Source: a virus | Taxonomy: Duplodnaviria; Caudoviricetes | DNA: 64,000 nt | IMG/VR virus record: IMGVR_UViG_3300024331_000207 | Span: 33,653 to 97,652 of that record | Strand: one strand, 5' to 3' | In this document: one piece after another, positions 9,151 to 16,790 of the stretch | Layout: the number at the start of each line of letters is the position of its first letter | Position numbering within the stretch: the first letter of the stretch is position 1 | The notes under the pieces: generated by a model | What the model was told of the DNA's origin: nothing | Seen by the model: the letters and a program-made list of their open reading frames with translations, nothing else | The model's database searches: none | Program-made: the position numbers and the translations under genes

Positions 9151-9221
9151 TGGTGTCAGCGGGAGTTGAACCCGCAACCTACGGCTTAACCGGCCGTCGC
9201 GCTGCCCAATTGCGCTATGAC
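9151..9221 (-). tRNA. tRNA-Asn(GTT)-like element with a 4-bp acceptor stem
   Basis: GTCA TA GCGC AATTGGGCA GCGC G ACGGC CGGTTAA GCCGT AGGTT GCGGG TTCAACT CCCGC TGAC ACCA: intact D, anticodon and T arms, short acceptor stem, G33. Confidence 0.7.
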
Positions 9222-9225
9222 GATT

Positions 9226-9452
9226 GGTTCCGCCTCTTCTGCATCGCCCGGCCGGCCCTGCGGGTCAGTCGCGGCAGCGGCGCTCTGCCTTTAAGCTAGC
9301 CCTCCGCGTGGAGGAGGGCCCCGGACTCGAACCGGGATCTCCTGTGCCTTGCCTGCGGCCCGGCGGGCGAAAAGCGGTGACCTGAAGTCTGCGAGCGACG
9401 AATCCGAACCTGTGGCTGAGTGCGGCTCTTCCGAGTCTGAGGTCTGTGCTCG
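9226..9452 (-). ncRNA. ncRNA with a circularly permuted tRNA-like domain (YrlA-like topology) and a 5' hexamer-repeat leader
   Basis: T arm 9336-9320, acceptor 3' strand GCCCTCC + TCCA, 3-nt linker, acceptor 5' strand GGAGGGC, TA, D arm 9296-9282; closed by a long stem (9361-9377 with 9230-9255); -10-like TAGTAT at 9464-9459. Confidence 0.8.
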
Positions 9453-9471
9453 TATCACATACTACACAGGC

Positions 9472-9508
9472 GAGCGGCCCCCCGCACCCAATAAACGGGG
9501 GGCCGCTC
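9472..9508 (-). terminator. Hairpin between the upstream gene and the ncRNA
   Basis: 13-bp perfect inverted repeat GAGCGGCCCCCCG / CGGGGGGCCGCTC. Confidence 0.6.
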
Positions 9509-9534
9509 TCATCCCGGGCACGTCTGCCCGAGGC

Positions 9535-10302
9535 TCAGGGGCGCAGCCACCAGTCGAACAGCGTCCGGCCCTCGCTGTAATCCTCCACCACCGCCGTGTT
9601 GGCCTCCTCGCGGGCGTACTTTACCGCCTCGCGCAGCTGCGCCAGCCGGTCCAGCAGCTGCCGCTTGCGCCGGGCGGTGACCGCGCCGGAGTACTTCACC
9701 GTGGTCCAGTAGCCGACCACCTCCTGGCGCTGCCGCACCTCCACCCTCGGCTCCACGAGCAGGCCCTCGATCACCTGGGCCTTGACCAGCTCGTGATTGA
9801 ACAGGACGGTGTCCTCGCTGGTCGTCTCGGTGCCCGGGGTGCGGTACTGGCCCTCCTCGGTGTCGGAGTCGCTCCAGCTCTCGGTCGCGTCGAGCACCGG
9901 CAGCCGCAGCGCGAAGGAGTACAGCTCCGCCAGCCGCCCCTCCAGGAAGATCAGGTGATCGGTCGGCACCTGCGTCAGCAGCGTCTCGCCGTCCACCGTC
10001 ACGTCGCCGCGGGCGCTCATCTTCGCCTCATCCAGCGTCCGGGTCACGTCCAGCTGACGGGTGAGCAGCTGGCGGACGTCCTCCAGCACGCCGGCCACGG
10101 TCACCTGTACGGGCTTGTGCTGCGCGGGCCGCTGCAGCGGGGCCGGCTGGCCGGGCCGCGGCTCGGCGCGGGGCTGGTAGGTCTTGCTGATGCCCGTGGT
10201 CAGCTCGGGCGAGGAGACGGCCTGGCCGAGCACGTCCATCCGGGCGTTAACGTCCGCCTTGACGCCGCCGACGACGGCAAGAATCTGGGAGATGCGAGTC
10301 AT
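9535..10302 (-). CDS. Conserved helical hypothetical protein (recalled as DUF7873-type; unverified), probably leaderless
   Basis: GISKTYQP, VPTDHLIFLE, LPVLD, VGYWTTVKYSGA and AVKYAREEAN motifs; TACATT -10 lies 6 nt before ATG 10302. Confidence 0.8.
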   Translation of the reverse strand: MTRISQILAVVGGVKADVNARMDVLGQAVSSPELTTGISKTYQPRAEPRPGQPAPLQRPAQHKPVQVTVAGVLEDVRQLLTRQLDVTRTLDEAKMSARGDVTVDGETLLTQVPTDHLIFLEGRLAELYSFALRLPVLDATESWSDSDTEEGQYRTPGTETTSEDTVLFNHELVKAQVIEGLLVEPRVEVRQRQEVVGYWTTVKYSGAVTARRKRQLLDRLAQLREAVKYAREEANTAVVEDYSEGRTLFDWWLRP

Positions 10303-10384
10303 TGTCACAATGTAGCGCCCATGTGTGGTGCAAGCGCAACCGGTTTTGCGTTATCCCGCGGGAGGGCGGGCTAGGCTCACAGCC

Positions 10385-10669
10385 ATGACTCAGATGCCGA
10401 GCGTGGGCCGCATCGTCCATTACGTCAGCTATAGCACGCCGGGCGGTGAGTACAAGAGCGAGTGCCGCGCAGCGATCATTACGGCTGTTGAGGCCGGCGG
10501 CGGCACGGTCATCCCTGAGACCGTCTCCCTCGCCGTCCTCAACCCGACAGGGATGTTCTTCAATGAAGGCGTCCGCTACGACAAGGGTCCGGACGAGGGC
10601 ATCGGCACCAATCTCTGCGGCGGCATCCTTTACCTGGGCGGCACCTGGCACTGGCCGGAGCGCGTGTGA
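10385..10669 (+). CDS. Conserved phage hypothetical protein
   Basis: PSVGRIVHYV...RAAIIT...GTWHWPER motif set. Confidence 0.75.
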   Translation: MTQMPSVGRIVHYVSYSTPGGEYKSECRAAIITAVEAGGGTVIPETVSLAVLNPTGMFFNEGVRYDKGPDEGIGTNLCGGILYLGGTWHWPERV

Positions 10670-10772
10670 TGGCCGAGCATGCGTAACCGCCGGTACGACG
10701 GGGAGACCGCAGTCTGCGGCAAGTGCGGCACCGTCTACCTCAAGCGCAACGGGCACAGCTGCTGAGGCCGCG

Positions 10773-11147
10773 TCAAGAGCCAGCCGTCCCGTTAAGCCCC
10801 GCGGTCCGCTCGCGCATCCTCGCGTCCAGCTTCGCCTTCGCCGCGAGGTACTCGGGCGTAGGAGGAGTCGTTGCCGCTCCCAGCTCCCGCCGCGACGACT
10901 CCGCGATGGCCTCCGCGGGCGTCCGCTCGTACGGCTTAGCGCGCGAGGCGGCACCCTCCCGGATGATGTCCGAGACATCGACGTAAGCCTGCCTGCGCTT
11001 GACTTTTTTGGCCGCACTACGGGCCGCCGCGTAGTCCAGGTCCCCCGCCACTTCGTACCAGGCAAGAGCGGTCGCCCGGTCAATCTTCTGCGACGGGCAG
11101 AGCACGGCGATGAACCGCGTCAGGTCGACCATTTCTTCCAGCGTCAT
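10773..11147 (-). CDS. Helicase loader/inhibitor-like replication accessory protein
   Basis: AWYEVAGDLDYAAARSA pattern; lies directly after the replication-type gene. Confidence 0.55.
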   Translation of the reverse strand: MTLEEMVDLTRFIAVLCPSQKIDRATALAWYEVAGDLDYAAARSAAKKVKRRQAYVDVSDIIREGAASRAKPYERTPAEAIAESSRRELGAATTPPTPEYLAAKAKLDARMRERTAGLNGTAGS

Positions 11148-11673
11148 CCTTGCCGTCCTTCCTGTTCCGGTCGAATTCCCGCGCGTACTGGCGCAGCTGA
11201 TCCCACTCTTCGGGAGCAGGCTGGCTGCCCGGCCGCGCGGGCGTGCGCTGCGTGCCGCGCGAGAGGTCTTCGTCGGCCTTGCGCATCCAGTTGCGCCACG
11301 CTGCGGTCCAGTCACGCTTGACAGCCCTGGAGCCCGACGCGCTGCGCCAGTGGTCCCGGAACTTCTCCGTTTCCGTCAGCCCGCGGCCGGCGGCGACGAG
11401 GCCGGGGACGTGATCGCGGGCCCACTGCGCCATCGCCGGGGTGACGGCGAAGTCATCGGGGAGACGGCAGGCGCGGGCTGACGGCCTCGCCGGCGTGGCG
11501 CGGGCCGCCCGTTTCGCGGGCACGGTGCGAGCCGGCTGCGAGCACGCGGTTTCGAGTATGACCAGGATCTGCCCGTTCAGCGAACGGCGCTCCGTCGCGG
11601 CCAGTGACGCCAGGGCCTCGTGAAGCCCGGCGGGCAGACGCAGGTGCAGGCTTGCCCGGGCAGGTTCACTCAT
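11080..11673 (-). CDS. Arc-like RHH domain fused to a phage replication-initiator/DnaT-like C-terminal domain
   Basis: N-terminus LHLRLPAGLHEAL...RRSLNGQI; C-terminus RLPDDF...ETEKFRDHW...KRDWTAAWRNW. Confidence 0.75.
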   Translation of the reverse strand: MSEPARASLHLRLPAGLHEALASLAATERRSLNGQILVILETACSQPARTVPAKRAARATPARPSARACRLPDDFAVTPAMAQWARDHVPGLVAAGRGLTETEKFRDHWRSASGSRAVKRDWTAAWRNWMRKADEDLSRGTQRTPARPGSQPAPEEWDQLRQYAREFDRNRKDGKDDAGRNGRPDAVHRRALPVAED

Positions 11674-11679
11674 GGGGCC

Positions 11680-11708
11680 ATGCTAGGCCCAAACTAGGCC
11701 CAAATCAA
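11680..11708 (-). promoter_or_regulatory. Leaderless promoter overlapped by a tandem 11-bp repeat (candidate RHH operator)
   Basis: TTGATT-N17-TAGCAT-N6-ATG; CTAGGCCCAAA at 11683 and 11694. Confidence 0.65.
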
Positions 11709-12084
11709 TCCCAGATTGGTCTTTTAAAAAATGGGCCCTGAGCTGCGGAAACGTGCGGCTCTCGCGCGCGCGCAAGCTTCTGCAACCTACCCTCTTTGGT
11801 GATGCTTTTAAAAAAGCATCACCCCGACAAAAAGGTGAAGTTACCGGAGGCTCTGCGGAGCAGAGCAGACCGGCTATCGCCGGTCCAGCAGGCAAGGCCG
11901 CTGCCAGCCCCGGGGACCGCCACGTCCTCCGCCGGGCAACCCTGATTGAACCCGGGGCCGATTTTCACCTAGCGGGCCCGGGGTGTTTCGGGTTACTATG
12001 ACCTTGCGCAAGGTATGTGGCTTAGCGTATGGCGCGTTCTAGCGTCTCCGCAAGCCCCATCTCCCGGCTGGTTACCGGGGACAT

Positions 12085-12121
12085 ACGAAGGGCCGGGTCT
12101 TATTCAGACCCGGCCCTTCGT
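12085..12121. terminator. Strong hairpin
   Basis: ACGAAGGGCCGGGTC / GACCCGGCCCTTCGT 15-bp inverted repeat. Confidence 0.6.
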
Positions 12122-12407
12122 CTTCCGCCCGCGGGGGGGGCGCCGGTACGCGGCTAGCTCCGGCAGGCCCGGGAAAGATCCGCCGGGCGGGCGACCCCGG
12201 GTGCCGCCCCCGGCAAGCGAACCGGCGGCATGCCACGGCACCCGGGCAGTCCGAGCCTATGTCATCCGTAGCGCACCGTCAACGCACAGTCGGCATGAAT
12301 CGGGCAGTTTGCCAGCGCGGCTTGCGGTGATGGGGTAGCGTGTCGCCAAGTGACGGCCGGGATCGCGGGCAAGGCGATCCCGGCCTCGGCAACGAAAGGC
12401 ACGTGAG

Positions 12408-12980
12408 ATGTTCGCAGCTCTGGCCCTCGCGGCTTACGTAACAGTATCTCCTGGCAATACCCTGTCCGGCATCGCCTCCCATCACGGAATTACCTGGGAG
12501 CAGCTCTGGTACGCCAACTACCGCGAGGTCCGCGACCCAAACCTCATCTTCCCCGGCGAGAAGCTGGTCATCCCCGCCAGGAACGCCCCGTCCGCCCCGC
12601 AGTCCGCGGTGAACAAGTGGGTCTACAGCAGCAACGAGGGCGCGACGGGACCGGCGGCGCTCCCCTACCACGGCACCGGGACTGTCGTCCACCAGGTCAC
12701 CGCCGCGGCCCCCACTGCCGCAGCTCCCGTCACGGGCGGAATCCCGGGCTGGGCGACCTGCATTGTCGCGAGGGAAAGCGGCGGCAACGCGACTGTCGTG
12801 AACGCATCCTCTGGGGCGGCCGGGCTCTTTCAAGACCTCCCTAGTACCTGGGGGGGGTATGACGGGTATGCCACAGCGTCCGAAGCGCCCGTCTCCGTGC
12901 AGATCGCGTTCAACCAGATACTGTCGGACTACGGGACTAATCTCAGCCCGTGGGCCGCGGACGGCTGTCCGGGGACCTAG
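12408..12980 (+). CDS. LysM + Rpf/SceD-like lytic transglycosylase
   Basis: YVTVSPGNTLSGIA...PNLIFPGEKLVIP (LysM); CIVARESGGN...GAAGLFQ..PSTW...SPW (lysozyme-like catalytic Glu). Confidence 0.9.
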   Translation: MFAALALAAYVTVSPGNTLSGIASHHGITWEQLWYANYREVRDPNLIFPGEKLVIPARNAPSAPQSAVNKWVYSSNEGATGPAALPYHGTGTVVHQVTAAAPTAAAPVTGGIPGWATCIVARESGGNATVVNASSGAAGLFQDLPSTWGGYDGYATASEAPVSVQIAFNQILSDYGTNLSPWAADGCPGT

Positions 12981-12983
12981 CCG

Positions 12984-13274
12984 GTGAGCAGCAAGGCCGA
13001 ATGCCCCGGCTGCTCGGCATACCTGTCAGCCATATGGGACGTGATGCACGGCGAGAGGTACGACGGCGACTGCTGCCCGTCGTGCGGACTGCCCGGCGGC
13101 GTGATACGGGAGGTCGAGCGGGCGCGCAAGGCTCATGCTGACGCCGAACTCACCCGCCAGCTTGAGGAGGCCCTTATCCGCGCCGGGAAGGCCGAGGCGG
13201 AACGCGACCAGCTGAGAGAATGGCGCACGAGGGTACGCAGCGTGGTCGCCGAACCTGGCTGCCCGGGGACCTAG
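12984..13274 (+). CDS. Zinc-ribbon/coiled-coil hypothetical protein
   Basis: CPGC...CPSC followed by a helical region. Confidence 0.65.
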   Translation: MSSKAECPGCSAYLSAIWDVMHGERYDGDCCPSCGLPGGVIREVERARKAHADAELTRQLEEALIRAGKAEAERDQLREWRTRVRSVVAEPGCPGT

Positions 13275-13645
13275 TCCGGCGGCCCTGACAGCTCCCTGAT
13301 CTCCAGGCTGAACCCCGGCACCCTGCCGGCGCGCGGGTCCGGCCCGACGACATGCTTCCTGGAGTCGTCGGGAAGCACGCGGGCGTCCACGATCCCGTCG
13401 ACACCGCACTTGGCCGTCGGCATCCAGTTCCCGGGATCGAACCTGCGCGGCACCTGGATGTAGTACAGGATGTGCGCCCACTGCAGGGCCGGCACGTGCT
13501 CGGCGCGCGCCAGCCAGCCGAACGTGCGGCGCAGGTCCGCCTTCACCGCGGCCTTCGCCGCCCAGGAGCCGTGGCTGCCGTTCAGCGACAGCAGCTCCGT
13601 GCCCGGCGGCAGGGTCAGCGTCCAGCTGCGGCCGGTGTAGTTCAC
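13271..13645 (-). CDS. RusA-like Holliday junction resolvase
   Basis: RRFDPGNWMPTAKCGVDGIVDARVLPDD; GTGA overlap at the start. Confidence 0.7.
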   Translation of the reverse strand: MNYTGRSWTLTLPPGTELLSLNGSHGSWAAKAAVKADLRRTFGWLARAEHVPALQWAHILYYIQVPRRFDPGNWMPTAKCGVDGIVDARVLPDDSRKHVVGPDPRAGRVPGFSLEIRELSGPPD

Positions 13646-14130
13646 CGGAGCTGCCAGGAGGCGAGCAGCGCCCGGCCGGCCTCGGGAGTCAGGTGCGTGA
13701 CGCACGTGGCGCTCCAGCCGCCGGCGCCTGAGTGCACGCTGACGGCCCGCCCGGCCCGCCATGCCTCCTCCGCGGCCTGCTTTCCGCGGACCGTCTCGGT
13801 CAGCTCCCAGTCCTCCAGGCCGGGAATCCAGGCCACTCCCGGCCCCGTGGTGGCGGGGCGGATCTCCTCCCCGCACAGCGGGCACTCGTACCGCAGCAGC
13901 GGCGCGTAGTCGCCGCCGCACTCCTCGCACCAGTGATCCTCGTCGCGGACGGCCCGCAGCGTCGGGTAGTGCTCGGCGGCATCGTAGGCGCAGAAATGCG
14001 CGTGCCCGGCTTTGTCGGTGTAGCGCCAGTTCCGGTCAAGGTCGTCCATGTAATTGACCTGGGTCATCTCCTGGCGGAACGTCAGCCGTGCGCCATCAGG
14101 GCCGGAATAGCTCGCGCTCAGCACGGCCAT
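13642..14130 (-). CDS. Hypothetical zinc-binding protein
   Basis: CEEC and CPLC pairs; operonic overlaps. Confidence 0.6.
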   Translation of the reverse strand: MAVLSASYSGPDGARLTFRQEMTQVNYMDDLDRNWRYTDKAGHAHFCAYDAAEHYPTLRAVRDEDHWCEECGGDYAPLLRYECPLCGEEIRPATTGPGVAWIPGLEDWELTETVRGKQAAEEAWRAGRAVSVHSGAGGWSATCVTHLTPEAGRALLASWQLR

Positions 14131-14272
14131 TCCAGGGAGGAGTCGCCGGCGATCCGGCGCAGCTGCGCAAGCAGCTCATCCATGGACTCGCACTCGGTGA
14201 ACGCGATGCAGATGTCCGCCTCGCGGTTGTGCTCGCCGTCGGAGTAGCCCTGCTCGTAGTCCGGCAGCCTCC

Positions 14273-15007
14273 TCATGCCGCCACCCGGAACAGGGTCCCG
14301 ACCCACTGCGTGAACTGCGGCGGGATCGCCTCCTTGACGTGCTCGCGGTCAGCCATCCAGTCGATCTGCATGGCCTCGTTGACCACGGCCCGCCGCTCGT
14401 GGCCGCTGACCGACACGTACTTGCCCGGCACCCAGTGACCCGCCCGCGCGGCCGTCACCGGGTGCGCCCAGCCGCAGTGCGGGTTGGGCCGCACCGACCG
14501 GGCACTGGCGCCTGGCGGCACGGCCCAGGCGGCCGGCTTCTCCGGCGCCGTCAGCTTCCAGCCGCCGGAGCGGAACAGCCGGTGCCGGTACAGCCGCAGG
14601 CCGAACATGGCGCCGCACAGCGTCACCGCGCCCGGCAGCAGGGCGCGCGTGCCGCGGGACACGATGTTCTCTATCACGTACGGCACCCCTGACGCCTCCA
14701 GCAGCGGCAGCGACGGGGTGATGAGGTCGGGGTACTCCTCGCTCAGCCCCGGCCTGCAGTTCGCCATCCGTGACCACCGCTGGCACGGCGGGCTGATGTG
14801 GATCAGGTCGAACTCCTGCAGGAAGCCGGGGTCCTGCAGCACCTCCAGCGCGTCCTCGTGCAGGAAGATGCCGCGGTCGCCGACCGCCCGGCTGAAGTCC
14901 CCCCGCATCCCGGCGTCGCTGTCCACCCCGACCACGATCCCCGCCCCGGCCCGCAGGTACCCGCGGGCGGCCCCGCCGCCGCCACAACAGATGTCTATGA
15001 TGCGCAT
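14273..15007 (-). CDS. C5-cytosine DNA methyltransferase (short phage type)
   Basis: IDICCGGGG motif I, SPPCQ catalytic motif IV, VIENI motif VI, RHRLF motif VIII, EAIPP motif X. Confidence 0.9.
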   Translation of the reverse strand: MRIIDICCGGGGAARGYLRAGAGIVVGVDSDAGMRGDFSRAVGDRGIFLHEDALEVLQDPGFLQEFDLIHISPPCQRWSRMANCRPGLSEEYPDLITPSLPLLEASGVPYVIENIVSRGTRALLPGAVTLCGAMFGLRLYRHRLFRSGGWKLTAPEKPAAWAVPPGASARSVRPNPHCGWAHPVTAARAGHWVPGKYVSVSGHERRAVVNEAMQIDWMADREHVKEAIPPQFTQWVGTLFRVAA

Positions 15008-15468
15008 GGGCAGTACTCCCCGTAGTGCTGTAGCTCGGCCGCCCGCCTGGCTTCTATGGCCTCCTCCTTTGTGCGGAACAGGCCGAGATAGAGGTTGCGC
15101 CGGTCCACCGTAATCTGCGCAATCCAGCGGTTCTTCCTGCGCGCAACCCCCCGTACGCCTGAGGTGTTATTCCGGTTGAGCCTATGCCGGTTGACCTGAT
15201 TGACGTGGCCTGTCACCACCCGCAGGTTGGCTGACCGGCGATTGTCTAGCTGGTCGCCGTTGATGTGATCTACCATCATCCCCGCTGGGATGGCGCTCTG
15301 GGCCTGCATCAGGTGGGTGTGCAGCCGGCGCACAACGTTGCGACCGTCGCCCCAGACGGAGAAAGTGGCATAGCCGAGCTGGTCCCGGTAGATCGTGAGA
15401 CCGGCCACCAGAGGGGCATCCTCATCGTCGATGAGCGTGAAGCCGCCATTGCTCAGCGGAATCCTCAT
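14995..15468 (-). CDS. HNH-AP2 homing endonuclease
   Basis: VDHINGDQLDNRR..NLR; NTSGVRGV...WIAQI...YLGLF...EEA. Confidence 0.9.
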   Translation of the reverse strand: MRIPLSNGGFTLIDDEDAPLVAGLTIYRDQLGYATFSVWGDGRNVVRRLHTHLMQAQSAIPAGMMVDHINGDQLDNRRSANLRVVTGHVNQVNRHRLNRNNTSGVRGVARRKNRWIAQITVDRRNLYLGLFRTKEEAIEARRAAELQHYGEYCPCAS

Positions 15469-15798
15469 GCCCCCTCCGGTGCGTGCTGCGGGCACCAGTC
15501 GGTCCCGAACGAGCGGCCGAGTGGGCTGGACACATGCGTCCACCCGCTGCGGGCCGCCTGCGCGCGTACCGCCGAGGGCGGGCAGGACGCGAGGGCGAAC
15601 TCGCCGGGGAACCGGTTCCGGCAGGCTCCGTGGTTGCATATCAGGAAGTACCGGCGGTACGCGACGGCAGTCACGACCTGCTCCGCTCCTCGGCCGCCTC
15701 GCAGAACCGCTGCTCGAACTCCTGCAGGCTGTCGCATTCCTGCACCATGTCCAGCACCTCCTGGGCGCTGAACGGCACCTTCCAGAACGAGAGCGTCG

Positions 15799-16758
15799 TC
15801 ATGACAACAGGGTAATGGTGACGGACGGTTTACCGTACTTAATAGGCGGCTCCGCGCCGGCCCGCGCGTAATCCTCTTCCACCTGCTTGCGGTCCAGCGA
15901 GCTGCGCCCCCTGGTCATCGTGATCCGCGCGGTCATCACGCCGGCCGTGACCTCCTGGCTCTCGCCCGGCCTGGTGACGGTGCGCAGCGCGTCCAGCGCG
16001 CCCTTCGCCTCCTCCTCCAGCGCCTCCGCGGCGGCCTTCGCCTCGCGGGCCGCGGCGAGCTGCTTCAGCCACCGCTCCGCGTCGGGGTCCTCCAAGTACA
16101 ACACCGTCCGCGGGTCGCGCTCGGGCACGCCCCGCCCCCAGCACTCGGAAAAGAAAGGGCAGTTGCGGCAGTACGCGGAGTCGGGGCTGTAGTCCCGCGG
16201 CAGCGACTGCAGCGGCCCGCGCTTGACAGCCTCGACCCAGGCCAGGGCATCCCGGACGTGCTGGAGCTTGAAGTCGTCCTCCCAGACGACCTCCTCGCCG
16301 TTCGACCGATCCAGGTAATTCAGCCGGATTCGCCTGACCTGGTGACCGCGGACAGTGAGCGCGGCGGCGTACAGGGAGCATTGCCAGACGTGCCGCGCGG
16401 GCGGTCCCTCGCGGCGAACCTTGTCGAGCTGGACGGCATAAGCAGTGGTCTTGAGGTCGACCACCAGTCCATCGTGGAACAGGTCCGGGTGACCGAGGAG
16501 GCCGGCGAAGGAAACCGCATCTTCGATGATCGCACTGTCGCCCAGGACGGCACGCGCTGCATCAGCGAACACCAGGTGGATGGCCGTACCCATGACTGCG
16601 GGCGTGCTGCTGAGCTGTGCCGCGGGGAAGCCGGCAAGGCGGTAGCCGGCCTGACGGCGGCAACCGCCGATTTCACTCATGCCGAGTTCGCGCTGCTGGC
16701 TCCTGGGACGCGATGCGTCCCAGGAGCCTAGCAATTGAGTAGCGGTAGGTGTATCCAT
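15799..16758 (-). CDS. Cas4-like PD-(D/E)XK exonuclease
   Basis: SEIGGCRR, GTAIH, GHPD, DLKT, QCSLY, CRNCPFFSEC (4-Cys Fe-S pattern); likely leaderless start at 16758. Confidence 0.85.
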   Translation of the reverse strand: MDTPTATQLLGSWDASRPRSQQRELGMSEIGGCRRQAGYRLAGFPAAQLSSTPAVMGTAIHLVFADAARAVLGDSAIIEDAVSFAGLLGHPDLFHDGLVVDLKTTAYAVQLDKVRREGPPARHVWQCSLYAAALTVRGHQVRRIRLNYLDRSNGEEVVWEDDFKLQHVRDALAWVEAVKRGPLQSLPRDYSPDSAYCRNCPFFSECWGRGVPERDPRTVLYLEDPDAERWLKQLAAAREAKAAAEALEEEAKGALDALRTVTRPGESQEVTAGVMTARITMTRGRSSLDRKQVEEDYARAGAEPPIKYGKPSVTITLLS

Positions 16759-16765
16759 GAAGCAC

Positions 16766-16787
16766 ATCATGGACCGGGGGTCTGACA
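16766..16787 (-). promoter_or_regulatory. Candidate PafBC/RecA-NDp-like promoter
   Basis: TGTCAG-N10-CATGAT-N7-ATG; the mycobacterial motif is TGTCGG-N10-TAnnnT. Confidence 0.4.
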
Positions 16788-16790
16788 TTC

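Noticed and set aside
9226-9452. Two-piece tmRNA
   Set aside because: A3-U70 rather than G3-U70, U discriminator, full D stem, and no tag reading frame or pseudoknots seen.
12130-12400. c-di-AMP (ydaO) riboswitch upstream of the Rpf-like gene
   Set aside because: Expected for rpfA, but the GAATCC, GGAACC and CCCGTCAGCTAAC landmarks are absent; only a simple hairpin near 12356-12386.
15799-16758. Cas4-like nuclease as proof of a CRISPR adaptation module
   Set aside because: Solo Cas4-like exonucleases are common phage recombination genes, a RecT-like partner is nearby, it has its own promoter, and there is no cas1/cas2. A link to the array is unproven.
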